Numbered from the stretch's first letter, positions 10,997-21,651 are shown. The stretch: DNA of 64,000 nt from Flavobacterium sp. (GCF_027484205.1 NZ_JAIXUB010000001.1:65528-129527); one strand, 5' to 3'. The notes: generated from the letters alone by a model not told the origin. Program-made: numbers and translations.

Positions 10997-12709
10997 ATGA
11001 AAAATAAATCGAATAATATAATTCTAACTTATTTTCTGGTCTCAACTCTTTTGGTTTTTTTAAGCCAATATATTTACCTAAATTATTATGAGCCAAATCA
11101 TAATTGGAAATTAAACTCTTTAATTTTAATTTCATTCGCTTTAATTTCATCTTTACTGCTAAAGTATCTTCTTGAAAAAAACATTAAAAATTACAATTCT
11201 AACTTAAATCAACTGATTCATACAAATGACGAATTATACAAGTCAAATGAACGATTCGATATTGTTGCAAAAGCAACAAGCGATACCATATGGGATTGGA
11301 ATGTAAAAACAGGAGAATTTACATTTAACAAAGGAATTCAGGGTATCTTTGGCTACAAAAAAGAAGAAGTTGGTGATACTATAGATTGGTGGTTTAGCAA
11401 AATACATCATGAAGATAGTTTAAAAGTGTCTGTCAACGTTCATTCCTATGTTGAACAAAAAATTGAAAAATGGGATGACAATTATCGATTTCTTTGTGCA
11501 GATGGAACTTATAAATATATTTTTGATAGAGGTTTTTTAGTAACAGATTCAGAAGGAAATGTTACTAGAATTATTGGAGCAATGCAAGACATCACAAAAC
11601 TAAAAAAAGAAGAGGAACGTCTTAAACTTTTAGAAACTGTAATTACTCAAACTAAAGATGCAGTAATAATTACCGAAGCAAATGAAAATTCACGTGGAAT
11701 TCCAAGAATACTATATGTCAACCCTGCTTTTACAAGAATTACTGGATATAAATCTAAAGAAGTAATAGGTAAAACTCCAAATGTGTTTATGAATAAAAAT
11801 TCATTGAAGAATGATTTTAGAAAAGTATCACAAGCATTAAAGAAAAAAGAAGAATTTAATTTTGAATCTTTAAACATCAATAAAAACAAAGATGAATATT
11901 GGGCTAACATTACTATGATTCCAATAACAAATAAAGATGAAGAGCACTCACATTGGATATCAATTCAAAGAGATATTTCAGATGAAAAACAAAGAGAAAA
12001 AGAAAGAGAGCAATTAATTAGTGAATTAACTCAAAACAATAAAGATTTAAAACAATTCTCTTACATAACCTCTCATAATCTAAGAGCACCATTATCAAAT
12101 TTAACCGGATTATTGAATCTAATTGAAGATATTCCAATAGAAAATGACGAGTTAAAAGAAATAATCAATGGCTTTTCTAAATCAACAGCACTTTTAAATG
12201 AGACTATAAACGATTTAGTAAAAGTAATAATCATAAAAGATAGCCATTCTATTGAAAAAGAAGAAATCATTATAAAAGATGTTTTTGAAAATGTCTTTAA
12301 CCAATTAAGTTTCTTGATAAGTATTAAAAAACCTATCATCAAAATGAATTTTGAAAAAGCGGAAACTTTAACAATCAACAAATCTTATTTCGAGAGTATT
12401 CTATTAAATTTAATGACCAATTCATTAAAATACAGTGATGATAATAGAAAATTAAAAATTAGTATTTCTTCAAAAATCATAGGAGGAAATACTATAATAC
12501 ATTTCAAAGACAACGGAATCGGAATTGATTTAGTTCGAAATAAAGACAAAATTTTTGGTTTGTATCAAAGATTCCATGATTATGCAGACAGCAAAGGACT
12601 TGGACTGTATTTAGTTAAGTCACAAGTTGAATCAATGAATGGATCTATAAGTGTTGAAAGTGAAGTTGGCGTTGGTACAAGTTTCAAAATAATTTTTAAA
12701 AATATTTAA
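10997..12709 (+). CDS. PAS-domain sensor histidine kinase
   Basis: Two N-terminal TM segments, two PAS/PAC domains, H-box SHNLRAPLSNL, G-boxes DNGIG and GLGLYLV. Confidence 0.9.
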   Translation: MKNKSNNIILTYFLVSTLLVFLSQYIYLNYYEPNHNWKLNSLILISFALISSLLLKYLLEKNIKNYNSNLNQLIHTNDELYKSNERFDIVAKATSDTIWDWNVKTGEFTFNKGIQGIFGYKKEEVGDTIDWWFSKIHHEDSLKVSVNVHSYVEQKIEKWDDNYRFLCADGTYKYIFDRGFLVTDSEGNVTRIIGAMQDITKLKKEEERLKLLETVITQTKDAVIITEANENSRGIPRILYVNPAFTRITGYKSKEVIGKTPNVFMNKNSLKNDFRKVSQALKKKEEFNFESLNINKNKDEYWANITMIPITNKDEEHSHWISIQRDISDEKQREKEREQLISELTQNNKDLKQFSYITSHNLRAPLSNLTGLLNLIEDIPIENDELKEIINGFSKSTALLNETINDLVKVIIIKDSHSIEKEEIIIKDVFENVFNQLSFLISIKKPIIKMNFEKAETLTINKSYFESILLNLMTNSLKYSDDNRKLKISISSKIIGGNTIIHFKDNGIGIDLVRNKDKIFGLYQRFHDYADSKGLGLYLVKSQVESMNGSISVESEVGVGTSFKIIFKNI

Positions 12710-12711
12710 AC

Positions 12712-13113
12712 ATGTTGAGTAAAATTTTATGTGTAGATGACGACCCCATAACACTTATGTTATGCAAAAAAGTCATATCTAAAGCTGAGTTTTCAAATGA
12801 AATTGACACTGCACCCAACGGAGAAAAGGCATTACTTTACTTAGAAAACATTATCGAAGAAAAAAATGATGACACGCAATTTCCTGAATTAATTTTTTTA
12901 GATTTAAATATGCCAGTTATGAATGGCTGGGAATTTTTAGATATATTCTCTACAGATAAATACTCGAAAGTTTTTAAAAATACTAAAGTTATAGTTTTAT
13001 CTTCAACAATAGATCCAAAAGATATAGAAAAATCAAAGTCGTACCCAATGGTTATAAACTTTTTATCAAAACCAATTACTCTTGAAATATTAAAATCAAT
13101 TGAAATTAAATAA
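12712..13113 (+). CDS. Single-domain response regulator (receiver only)
   Basis: VDDD, FLDLNMPVMNGWEFL, KP; adjacent to the kinase. Confidence 0.9.
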   Translation: MLSKILCVDDDPITLMLCKKVISKAEFSNEIDTAPNGEKALLYLENIIEEKNDDTQFPELIFLDLNMPVMNGWEFLDIFSTDKYSKVFKNTKVIVLSSTIDPKDIEKSKSYPMVINFLSKPITLEILKSIEIK

Positions 13114-13144
13114 AAAAAGCTTCCAAAAATTGGAAGCTTTTTTT
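13112..13144. terminator. Bidirectional intrinsic terminator
   Basis: AAAGCTTCCAA/TTGGAAGCTTT stem with A and T tails. Confidence 0.75.
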
Positions 13145-13163
13145 ATTGATAAACTAAATCAAA

Positions 13164-13415
13164 TTACAATTTTGCAACATGCTTAGTTAATTTTGATTTT
13201 AAGTTTGATGCTTTATTATCGTGAATGATATTTTTCTTAGCTAATTTATCAATCATTGAAATAACACCTGCTAATTTTGAAGCTGCGTCAGATTTATCAG
13301 TACTTAATCTTAATGCTTTAATTGCATTACGAGTAGTTTTGTGCTGATATCTGTTTAACACTCTTTTCTTTTCGTTGCTTCTAATTCTTTTTAAAGCTGA
13401 CTTATGATTTGCCAT
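13164..13415 (-). CDS. rpsT: 30S ribosomal protein S20
   Basis: MANHKSALKRIR...IIHDNKASNLKSKL. Confidence 0.97.
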   Translation of the reverse strand: MANHKSALKRIRSNEKKRVLNRYQHKTTRNAIKALRLSTDKSDAASKLAGVISMIDKLAKKNIIHDNKASNLKSKLTKHVAKL

Positions 13416-13562
13416 TTTTTCTTAATTTAATTGTAATTATTAATAAACTTAGTTAAAAAAGAAAAACCTCCCACAATTAAAAATCACTTTGGTTTTAACT
13501 AATAAAACAAAAATCTGAGACACTAAACTCTTGTTCTATAAAACTAATTTACAACTAATTTG

Positions 13563-13634
13563 TAGCCCGTAGGGGAATCGAACCCCTCTTACCAGGATGA
13601 AAACCTGGCGTCCTAACCGATAGACGAACGGGCC
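13563..13634 (-). tRNA. tRNA-Glu(TTC)
   Basis: Reverse complement GGCCCGTTCGTCTATCGGTTAGGACGCCAGGTTTTCATCCTGGTAAGAGGGGTTCGATTCCCCTACGGGCTA forms a cloverleaf with anticodon TTC. Confidence 0.97.
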
Positions 13635-13678
13635 ATTATTTATACACCGTTATTTATTTTCAATAAAAACTGAACTTG

Positions 13679-13750
13679 TAGCCCGTAGGGGAATCGAACC
13701 CCTCTTACCAGGATGAAAACCTGGCGTCCTAACCGATAGACGAACGGGCC
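13679..13750 (-). tRNA. tRNA-Glu(TTC), identical second copy
   Basis: Same 72-nt sequence as 13563-13634. Confidence 0.97.
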
Positions 13751-13833
13751 ATTACATTATTTTGTAATGCGAGTGCAAAAATACAACTATTTTTAATTCA
13801 CGCAATAGTAGTATGCACTTTTTTTATTTTTTT

Positions 13834-15312
13834 TTAATATGCTTTTGCAAATAGCACTCTACCAGATGATTTCGCTCCAGAAAAAACACATTTTCCTTCA
13901 ACTTCTTCTCTATCTAACGGAATACATCTAATAGTTGCTTTAGTTAAATCTTTTATTTTTTCTTCTGTTTCAGGAGTTCCATCCCAATGTGCTGAAATAA
14001 AGCCGCCTTTATTTTCTAAAACTTCTTTAAACTCTTCAAAAGACTCAACCTCAGTAATATGCTCTGTTCTGTAATCAATAGCTTTTTGGAATAATTCCTT
14101 TTGAATTGTTTCTAATAAATCATTAATATACGACACAATTCCTTCCTTAGCAACTACTTCTTTACTCAATGCATCTCTTCTTGCTACTTCAAAAGTTCCG
14201 TTTTCCAAATCTTTTGGTCCAACAGCGATTCGAACTGGTACACCTTTTAATTCCCATTCTGCAAACTTGAATCCTGGTTTTTGTGTTGTTCTATCATCAA
14301 ATTTTACTGAAACTCTTATTTTTTTAAATTGAGCAACCAAATCATTTACTACTGATGTAATCTTTTCTAATTCTTCATCTGTTTTAAAAATTGGAACAAT
14401 TACTACTTGTATTGGAGCTAAATTTGGTGGTAAAACTAATCCATTGTCATCAGAATGCGTCATCACCAAAGCACCCATTAATCGTGTAGAAACTCCCCAA
14501 GAAGTTCCCCAAACATATTCTTGTTTACCTTCTTGATTAGCAAATTTTACATCAAAAGCTTTTGCAAAATTTTGTCCTAAAAAATGCGAAGTTCCTGCTT
14601 GTAGTGCTTTTCCATCTTGCATTAATGCCTCAATACAGTAAGTTTCTTCTGCTCCTGCAAAACGTTCTGTTTCCGTTTTTAATCCTTTAATTACAGGAAT
14701 TGCCATAAAATTTTCTGCAAAATCAGCATAAACATTCATCATTTTTTCTGATTCTGTAATGGCTTCTGCTTTTGTAGCATGTGCAGTATGTCCTTCTTGC
14801 CATAAAAACTCAGCTGTTCTTAAAAACAAACGTGTTCTCATTTCCCATCGAACAACATTTGCCCATTGATTAATTAAAAGTGGTAAATCTCTGTATGATT
14901 GAACCCAACCTTTATATGTTGACCAAATAATGGCTTCACTGGTAGGACGAACAATTAACTCTTCCTCAAGTTTAGCATTAGGATCAACCATTAATTTACC
15001 TGGACGAGTTTCATCATTTTTCAATCGATAATGCGTTACAATAGCACATTCCTTAGCAAAACCTTCTGCGTTTTTTTCTTCTGCTTCAAACATACTTTTG
15101 GGCACAAAAAGGGGAAAATAAGCATTACTATGACCTGTTTCCTTAAACATTCTGTCTAATTCTGCTTGCATTTTTTCCCAAATTGCATAACCATAGGGTT
15201 TGATAACCATACAACCTCTAACACCTGAGTTTTCAGCTAAATCAGCTTTTACCACAAGTTCGTTATACCATTTTGAATAGTCTTCTGCTCTTTTTGTTAA
15301 GTTCTTGCTCAT
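13834..15312 (-). CDS. proS: Prolyl-tRNA synthetase (archaeal/eukaryotic type)
   Basis: [54 protein letters not shown]-terminal FAKAY. Confidence 0.97.
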   Translation of the reverse strand: MSKNLTKRAEDYSKWYNELVVKADLAENSGVRGCMVIKPYGYAIWEKMQAELDRMFKETGHSNAYFPLFVPKSMFEAEEKNAEGFAKECAIVTHYRLKNDETRPGKLMVDPNAKLEEELIVRPTSEAIIWSTYKGWVQSYRDLPLLINQWANVVRWEMRTRLFLRTAEFLWQEGHTAHATKAEAITESEKMMNVYADFAENFMAIPVIKGLKTETERFAGAEETYCIEALMQDGKALQAGTSHFLGQNFAKAFDVKFANQEGKQEYVWGTSWGVSTRLMGALVMTHSDDNGLVLPPNLAPIQVVIVPIFKTDEELEKITSVVNDLVAQFKKIRVSVKFDDRTTQKPGFKFAEWELKGVPVRIAVGPKDLENGTFEVARRDALSKEVVAKEGIVSYINDLLETIQKELFQKAIDYRTEHITEVESFEEFKEVLENKGGFISAHWDGTPETEEKIKDLTKATIRCIPLDREEVEGKCVFSGAKSSGRVLFAKAY

Positions 15313-15412
15313 AATGAATAGTTTGGCATAAAAATTGTTTTGATAATTTTAACTAAATAGTTCGGCAAAACTAACTATTTTTGTATTGACCAACAATAAA
15401 AATGCTATAGAT

Positions 15413-16444
15413 ATGAAAACAAATTATTTTACTTTGAAAAATGCATCCAAATTTTCTTTATTTGGATTGGTTGCACTTATTGTAACTTCCTGTGGTTCTT
15501 ACAATAACAAATCTTATTATGATAACGATGGTATTTATGGAGAAAATCCTACACCTACAGCCAAAGTTGAAAATGATAAAACTGAGAACAATAAGTATAA
15601 AGAATATTTTAGTTCCTTAAATCAAGAAAATCAAGAAGTTTTTACAGATGTAGAAAACTATTCTTCTCAATCTAATGATAGTATAGCAAATAGAACTTAT
15701 GCAAATAACGGAACAAGTTATTCTTCATGGGGTTCAAATGCTTCAGATAATGTTACAATCAATGTTTACGACAATAGTTGGGGTTGGAATAACTGGAATT
15801 ATGGTTGGGGTTGGAATGGTTGGTACGGAAATAATTGGGGTTGGAATAATTGGGGTTGGAACAATTGGGGTTGGAATGGCTGGTATGGAAATAATTGGGG
15901 CTGGAATTCATGGTATGGTCCATCTTGGGGTTGGAATAACTGGAATTATGGTTGGGGTTGGAACGGATACTACGGAAATTATTATGGAAACAACTACGCT
16001 TATGGTGGAGGAAGAAGAAATTCAAACTACAGCTATGAAGGTTACAACAATTATTCAAACAGACAATCAATAAATAGAACAAGAAATAGTTCTACAACAT
16101 ACAGTGGCATAAGAAATACTTCAAACACTATTAGACCTATTAGAAATAATTCTATCAGAACAACTAACGAAAATAGCACTGTTAGACCAATTAGAAATAA
16201 CACTACAAGAAACGAATCTACAACAACTCCTGTAAGAACAAACACTAACAATGGTGGTGTAAGAAACAATTCTCAAAGTACACCTATAAGAAATGTTGCA
16301 CCATCTTCAGCACCAACAAGAAACAACTCTTCAACTCCTACTAGAAGTTACAATTCTTCGTCATCTGGCGGAAGTTATGGCGGTGGAAGTTACGGTGGTT
16401 CATCTGGTGGCGGCGGAAGATCATCTGGTGGCGGAAGACGTTAA
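15413..16444 (+). CDS. Low-complexity lipoprotein with Trp/Gly/Asn repeats and an Arg/Asn/Thr/Ser-rich tail
   Basis: Lipobox IVTSC; start chosen at MKTNYF; repeated WGWNNW blocks. Confidence 0.75.
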   Translation: MKTNYFTLKNASKFSLFGLVALIVTSCGSYNNKSYYDNDGIYGENPTPTAKVENDKTENNKYKEYFSSLNQENQEVFTDVENYSSQSNDSIANRTYANNGTSYSSWGSNASDNVTINVYDNSWGWNNWNYGWGWNGWYGNNWGWNNWGWNNWGWNGWYGNNWGWNSWYGPSWGWNNWNYGWGWNGYYGNYYGNNYAYGGGRRNSNYSYEGYNNYSNRQSINRTRNSSTTYSGIRNTSNTIRPIRNNSIRTTNENSTVRPIRNNTTRNESTTTPVRTNTNNGGVRNNSQSTPIRNVAPSSAPTRNNSSTPTRSYNSSSSGGSYGGGSYGGSSGGGGRSSGGGRR

Positions 16445-16548
16445 TTATTTGTTCTAAAAAAATTATATGAAATTGCCATTATTAACTAGTTTACAATGAT
16501 TAAAATAGCGATTTCATATTTTACTGCTAAAAAATAAAATTTAAAAAT

Positions 16549-18054
16549 ATGAAAAAGATATTTGGACTCTTCATGGCTTCTTTTGCCATGACGACTATAC
16601 AAGCACAAGATATTAACGACGCTATGCGTTATGCTCAAGACAACCAAACAGGAACTGCAAGATTCAGTGCTATGAGTGGTGCATTTGGTGCACTTGGTGG
16701 TGACTTTTCTTCCATAAGTGTTAATCCTGCTGGTTCATCGGTATTTGCTAACAACCAAGTTGGTGCAACTTTAGGGGTTTTCAGTACTAAAAATAATTCA
16801 AACTATTTTGGAACAAATTCTTCTGAAAATGACTCTAAATTTGATTTAAGTCAAGCTGGTGGAGTTTATATTTTTGAAAATGAAGACCATAAAAGCGATT
16901 GGAAAAAATTTGCTTTAGCTTTGAACTATGAAAACACAAAAAATTTAGATAACACTATTTATTCTGCTGGAATAAACCCTACAAATTCATTAGCAAATTA
17001 TTTTTTGAGCTACGCTAATGGTGTTCCTTTAAGTATTGCTGATGGTACAGATTACTATTTTGGCAATATGTTCTTTAACGAACAACAAGCTTATTTAGGT
17101 TATCAATCTTATATGATTAATTCTACTGATGATACTAACCCAAATAATACTGCTTATACTTCAAACGTTCCTGTAGCAAATTATTTTCAAGAAAGTTTAA
17201 TTGAATCAAGAGGTTACAACGGAAAATTATCTTTCAACGCTTCAACAGTTTATAAAGATAAATTAATGATTGGTATAAACTTAAACTCTCATTTTACAGA
17301 TTATAGACAATCATCAACTTTTTATGAAGAAAATGATTATAATAACACCACAACAACAGATGTAATCAACAGAGTTCGTTTTAATAATGAGTTGTATACT
17401 TATGGAAACGGATTTTCATTTCAAGTAGGTACAATATACAAAGCTACTAAAGAGTTTAGACTTGGTTTAGCGTATCAATCGCCTACTTGGTACCGATTGA
17501 ATGACGAGTTAACTCAAAACATTAGTTCAGTTAGAGGAAATGTAGATGGCGAATTACCGGCTCAAATTGTTGACCCACAATTAACAATGGTTTATGATGC
17601 TTATCGTCTTCAAACTCCAGGAAAATGGACCGGAAGTTTAGCTTATGTTTTTGGGAAAAGAGGTTTAATCAGTTTTGATTATACTTTGAAAGATTACAGT
17701 AACACTAAATTCCAACCAAAAACTGACTTTACAGCTACAAATAACTTAATGTCAAATGTGTTAACAGCTACTAATGAATTTAGAATTGGAGCTGAATATA
17801 AAATAGAAAAATTCAGTTTGCGTGGTGGTTATCGCTTTGAAGAAAGTCCATACAAAAACGGAAAAACTATTGGCGATTTAACTGGATATTCAACAGGAAT
17901 TGGGTACAACTTTGGTGAGTTTAAAATAGATTTAGCGTATGCTTTTTCACAACGTGATTATCAACAACGTTTTTTCTCTCAAGGTTTGACTGATGCTGCA
18001 AATGTTAAAGCAAAAAACAATAATATCAATGTAACTGTGTTATTTGAATTATAA
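16549..18054 (+). CDS. Outer-membrane beta-barrel, FadL/OmpP1-like
   Basis: Signal peptide, GTARFSAMSGAFGALGGDFS...NPAG N-terminal motif, amphipathic C-terminal strand. Confidence 0.75.
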   Translation: MKKIFGLFMASFAMTTIQAQDINDAMRYAQDNQTGTARFSAMSGAFGALGGDFSSISVNPAGSSVFANNQVGATLGVFSTKNNSNYFGTNSSENDSKFDLSQAGGVYIFENEDHKSDWKKFALALNYENTKNLDNTIYSAGINPTNSLANYFLSYANGVPLSIADGTDYYFGNMFFNEQQAYLGYQSYMINSTDDTNPNNTAYTSNVPVANYFQESLIESRGYNGKLSFNASTVYKDKLMIGINLNSHFTDYRQSSTFYEENDYNNTTTTDVINRVRFNNELYTYGNGFSFQVGTIYKATKEFRLGLAYQSPTWYRLNDELTQNISSVRGNVDGELPAQIVDPQLTMVYDAYRLQTPGKWTGSLAYVFGKRGLISFDYTLKDYSNTKFQPKTDFTATNNLMSNVLTATNEFRIGAEYKIEKFSLRGGYRFEESPYKNGKTIGDLTGYSTGIGYNFGEFKIDLAYAFSQRDYQQRFFSQGLTDAANVKAKNNNINVTVLFEL

Positions 18055-18073
18055 ATTTTTTGATTATTACTTT

Positions 18074-18103
18074 AAACCATTCGTTTTTCGGATGGTTTTT
18101 TTT
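18074..18103 (+). terminator. Intrinsic terminator
   Basis: AAACCATTCG/CGGATGGTTT stem followed by a T-run. Confidence 0.65.
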
Positions 18104-18291
18104 GTGAAAAACAATTTTATTTTAGCCCTGATTGAGCTGATATCCTCTTGCGTAACGAAAGTGAAGCAAGAGATAAAAGCGAAAGCAGGAATATGGTTTG
18201 CCAAAAAAGCCCTAAAGTTTCGCTCCTTAAATTAATTATCGTAATTTTGCACCCGATTCCGAAACTATGGAACAGACAATTAAAAAAAGGT

Positions 18292-19593
18292 ATGAGAACC
18301 AAATCGTTAAAGAAAAATAAAATCAATGTAATTACGCTTGGATGTTCTAAAAACACTTACGATAGTGAGGTTTTGATGGGACAATTGAAAGCCAGTGGCA
18401 AAGATGTTGTACACGAACAAGAAGGAAATATTGTTGTAATTAATACTTGCGGATTTATTGATAATGCAAAAGCCGAATCAGTAAATACAATTTTAGAATA
18501 TGCTGATAAAAAAGAACGCGGAATTGTCGATAAAGTTTTCGTAACCGGATGTTTATCTGAAAGATATCGTCCCGATTTAGAAAAGGAAATTCCAAATGTT
18601 GATCAATATTTTGGCACAACAGAATTACCTCTACTTTTGAAAGCTCTTGGTGCCGATTATAAACATGAATTGCTTGGAGAACGAATTACTACAACTCCAA
18701 AAAATTATGCCTATTTAAAAATTGCCGAAGGTTGTGACCGACCATGTAGTTTTTGTGCTATTCCAATTATGCGTGGAAAACACGTTTCGCAATCTATTGA
18801 AAAATTAGTTCGTGAAGCAGAAGGATTGGCAAAAAATGGTGTTAAAGAATTGATTCTTATTGCACAAGATTTAACTTACTACGGATTGGATTTGTACAAA
18901 AAACGTAATCTTGCCGAATTACTTGAAAATCTTGTAAAGGTTGAAGGAATTGAATGGATTAGATTGCATTATGCTTTCCCAACGGGTTTTCCAATGGATG
19001 TTTTAGAATTGATGAAACGCGAACCGAAAATTTGCAATTATATTGATATTCCGTTGCAACATATTTCAGATAACATTTTGAAATCTATGAAACGTGGTAC
19101 AACGAAAGAAAAAACTACTAAATTACTGAAAGATTTTCGTGAAGCTGTTCCTGGAATGACCATTAGAACGACTTTAATTGTGGGTTATCCTGGTGAAACA
19201 CAAGAAGATTTTGAAATTATGAGAGATTGGGTTCAAGAAATGAAGTTTGAACGTTTAGGATGTTTTACCTATTCTCACGAAGAAAATACTACGGCTTTTG
19301 CATTAGTTGATGATGTTCCTGAGGAAGTGAAAAAAGCTCGTGCACAAGAAATTATGGATTTACAATCGCAAATCTCATGGGATTTGAATCAAGAGAAAAT
19401 TGGCCAAACTTTTAAATGTATTATTGACAGAAAAGAAGGTCAATATTTTGTGGGTAGAACTGAATTTGATAGTCCAGATGTAGATAATGAAGTACTAATT
19501 GACGCTTCAAAATTCTATGTAAAAACAGGCGATTTTGTTATGGCAAAAATTACCGACGCAACAGAATATGATTTATATGCTGAACCGGTTTAA
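18292..19593 (+). CDS. rimO: Ribosomal protein S12 methylthiotransferase RimO
   Basis: TLGCSKN, NTCGFI, GCL, CDRPCSFC, TRAM tail GRTEFDSPDVD; start placed downstream of TAATTTTG at 18242-18249 rather than at 18148. Confidence 0.93.
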   Translation: MRTKSLKKNKINVITLGCSKNTYDSEVLMGQLKASGKDVVHEQEGNIVVINTCGFIDNAKAESVNTILEYADKKERGIVDKVFVTGCLSERYRPDLEKEIPNVDQYFGTTELPLLLKALGADYKHELLGERITTTPKNYAYLKIAEGCDRPCSFCAIPIMRGKHVSQSIEKLVREAEGLAKNGVKELILIAQDLTYYGLDLYKKRNLAELLENLVKVEGIEWIRLHYAFPTGFPMDVLELMKREPKICNYIDIPLQHISDNILKSMKRGTTKEKTTKLLKDFREAVPGMTIRTTLIVGYPGETQEDFEIMRDWVQEMKFERLGCFTYSHEENTTAFALVDDVPEEVKKARAQEIMDLQSQISWDLNQEKIGQTFKCIIDRKEGQYFVGRTEFDSPDVDNEVLIDASKFYVKTGDFVMAKITDATEYDLYAEPV

Positions 19594-19599
19594 TATTTT

Positions 19600-19649
19600 T
19601 GTCACACTGAGTATTTCGACAAAGCTCAATACAAACCAAGGTCGAAGTG
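19600..19649 (+). repeat. REP-like repeat TGTCACACTGAG...GTCGAAGTG with a nested inverted partial copy
   Basis: TGTCACACTGAG + TATTTCGACAAAGCTCAATACAAACCAAG + GTCGAAGTG; related copies at 20305, 22400, 22500, 58270, 58929. Confidence 0.7.
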
Positions 19650-19668
19650 CTTCAAAATAATAACATAA

Positions 19669-19701
19669 AAAAACTCCTAAACATTACATTTAGGAGTTTT
19701 T
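19669..19701. terminator. Bidirectional intrinsic terminator
   Basis: AAAAACTCCTAAA/TTTAGGAGTTTTT stem between convergent genes. Confidence 0.75.
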
Positions 19702-19724
19702 CGTTTTTAACCAACCTTTATTAA

Positions 19725-20138
19725 TTATGATTTTGCTACTACAGTACCTTTAAAAGTCAACACTTTTGGAGTTTCTTCAACGTTTGTTGTAACTGTAACT
19801 GTTTTTGTAAATGAGCCTAAAGCTGCTGCATTGTAAATTGCTTTTACGAATCCTGATTTTCCTGGAGCAATTGGCTCTTTAGAATAATCTGAAGTAGTAC
19901 ATCCACATGCAGGTTTTACATTAGTAATTATAACCGATTTATCACTTGTATTTTTAAATTCAAACTCAATTGTTCTTGGTGTTCCTTGTGGAATTTGACC
20001 AACTTCAATCGCTTCTGCTTTCCAAATCACTGCTGATGGTGGCGTTACTTTTTCAATTGGATTTTTGTGTGTTGGAACCACTGAAAATGACATTAATCCT
20101 AAAGTCATTGCTAATAAAGAAATTTTAATTGCTTTCAT
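19725..20138 (-). CDS. DUF1573 domain secreted protein
   Basis: Signal peptide; FEFKNT...ITNVKPACGCT...IAPGKSG...F.KTVTVTTN. Confidence 0.85.
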   Translation of the reverse strand: MKAIKISLLAMTLGLMSFSVVPTHKNPIEKVTPPSAVIWKAEAIEVGQIPQGTPRTIEFEFKNTSDKSVIITNVKPACGCTTSDYSKEPIAPGKSGFVKAIYNAAALGSFTKTVTVTTNVEETPKVLTFKGTVVAKS

Positions 20139-20188
20139 ATTTTTATGTTTTTTTAAATGTTAATCTGATTTACTGTTTTTCAACAATT

Positions 20189-20255
20189 CAAAAGTAGTAC
20201 AATACAATCTATGCCGTTGTTAAGCGATTTCAAATGTTTGTTAACGACTTGTTAA
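20189..20255 (-). promoter_or_regulatory. Promoter of the DUF1573 gene: -7 TACTTTTG plus three TTGTTAA direct repeats
   Basis: CAAAAGTA at 20189-20196 on +; TTGTTAA starts at 20217, 20238 and 20249. Confidence 0.55.
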
Positions 20256-20304
20256 GCACATAAAATGTGGTTATTTTTTAGTAATATTACGTTCTGAAAG
20301 ATGG

Positions 20305-20348
20305 CACTTCACTTTGATAAACTCAGTGCAAGCTAGCTCAGTGTAACA
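20305..20348 (-). repeat. REP-like repeat, nested form
   Basis: Reverse complement TGTTACACTGAGCTAGCTTGCACTGAGTTTATCAAAGTGAAGTG. Confidence 0.6.
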
Positions 20349-20397
20349 AAGATGGAAGATGGAAGATGGAAGAACATAGAACATAGAATATATAAAA

Positions 20398-21651
20398 TTG
20401 AAAACTAAAAACCTCAACATAATAATCGTATTAGGACTTGTAGCAACCATAGGAATATTGATTGCGCAATTGCTTTGGACAAAAGAAGCTTTTAATCTTG
20501 AGGAAAAGAAATTTTCTCAAAAGGTTCATATTGCTTTGCTTGAAGTAGTTAAAAAATTATATCAAGGAACAACAAGTGAATTGCCTTCTCACAATCCTGT
20601 AAATAAAATGGCTACCGATTATTATGTAATTAATGTAGAAAACGATTTTCAACCCGATATTCTAGAATTTTATTTGAAAGAAGAATTCGCAAAATCAAAC
20701 ATCAATACCGATTTTGAATTTGCAATGTACAATTGCCAAAGTGACGAAATGGTCTATGGAAAATACGTCGATATTTTAGACAATAAAACCTCAAAAAACA
20801 ATATTGATTTCCCTAAACATGAAAATTTAGTCTATTATTTTGCCATTCGTTTTCCCAATGAAACAAGTTATTTATTGAGTTCGTTACGCTTTTGGTTCAT
20901 TCTATCATTTGCATTGATTATCATTCTTTTAGTGTATGTTTATTCGATTTACACCATCATTCAGCAAAAAAAATATTCTGAGTTGCAACGTGATTTTATT
21001 AACAACATGACACATGAATTCAAAACGCCACTATCCTCTATCCTACTCGCTTCAAGTTTTTTAAACAAGCAAGAAGTGATTAAAAAAGATGACAAACTTG
21101 AAAAATATACTGAAATTATCATCAATCAAAGTAAGAAATTAAACAGTCATATTGAACAAATTCTGAACATCGCAAAATCAGATAGTGCTCCAATGCAAAT
21201 GGATAAAAAAGAAATTTTTATTCTTCCTATAATAAAAGATGTTATTGAAAACATGCGATTGAAACACGAAAGTTTAGAAGTAAATATCAACGCTGACAAA
21301 GATTTTTCTATTGATGCTGATGCGTTTCATTTTACCAATATCATCTACAATCTTTTAGACAATTCTATTAAATATTGCGATGGAAATCCAAAAATCAACA
21401 TCACGATTACAGAAGAAAATAAAAAATTAAAATTAGATTTTAGTGATAATGGAATTGGAGTTTCAAACAAAAATATTAACTTTATATTTGATAAATTTTA
21501 TAGAATTCCAGGAATAAAAAGTAATGAAACCAATGGATTTGGACTTGGATTATATTATGTAAAAAAGATTTGCACCCAACATAATTGGAAGATTTTTGCA
21601 ACTAACAACAAGGAAAAAGGAATCACCATTACTATAGAAATTCCAAAGTAA
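20398..21651 (+). CDS. Membrane sensor histidine kinase
   Basis: Two TM segments, NMTHEFKTPLSSI H-box, DNGIG and GFGLGLYYV. Confidence 0.9.
   Translation: MKTKNLNIIIVLGLVATIGILIAQLLWTKEAFNLEEKKFSQKVHIALLEVVKKLYQGTTSELPSHNPVNKMATDYYVINVENDFQPDILEFYLKEEFAKSNINTDFEFAMYNCQSDEMVYGKYVDILDNKTSKNNIDFPKHENLVYYFAIRFPNETSYLLSSLRFWFILSFALIIILLVYVYSIYTIIQQKKYSELQRDFINNMTHEFKTPLSSILLASSFLNKQEVIKKDDKLEKYTEIIINQSKKLNSHIEQILNIAKSDSAPMQMDKKEIFILPIIKDVIENMRLKHESLEVNINADKDFSIDADAFHFTNIIYNLLDNSIKYCDGNPKINITITEENKKLKLDFSDNGIGVSNKNINFIFDKFYRIPGIKSNETNGFGLGLYYVKKICTQHNWKIFATNNKEKGITITIEIPK

Noticed and set aside
15699-16082. Alternative-frame ORFs with IIGVG or SNPN repeats
   Set aside because: Frame-shift and antisense by-products of the WGWNN repeat DNA.
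18148-18291. Long N-terminal extension of rimO and the antisense ORF 18117-18356
   Set aside because: The extension covers a TAATTTTG promoter element; the RimO-like sequence starts at 18292.
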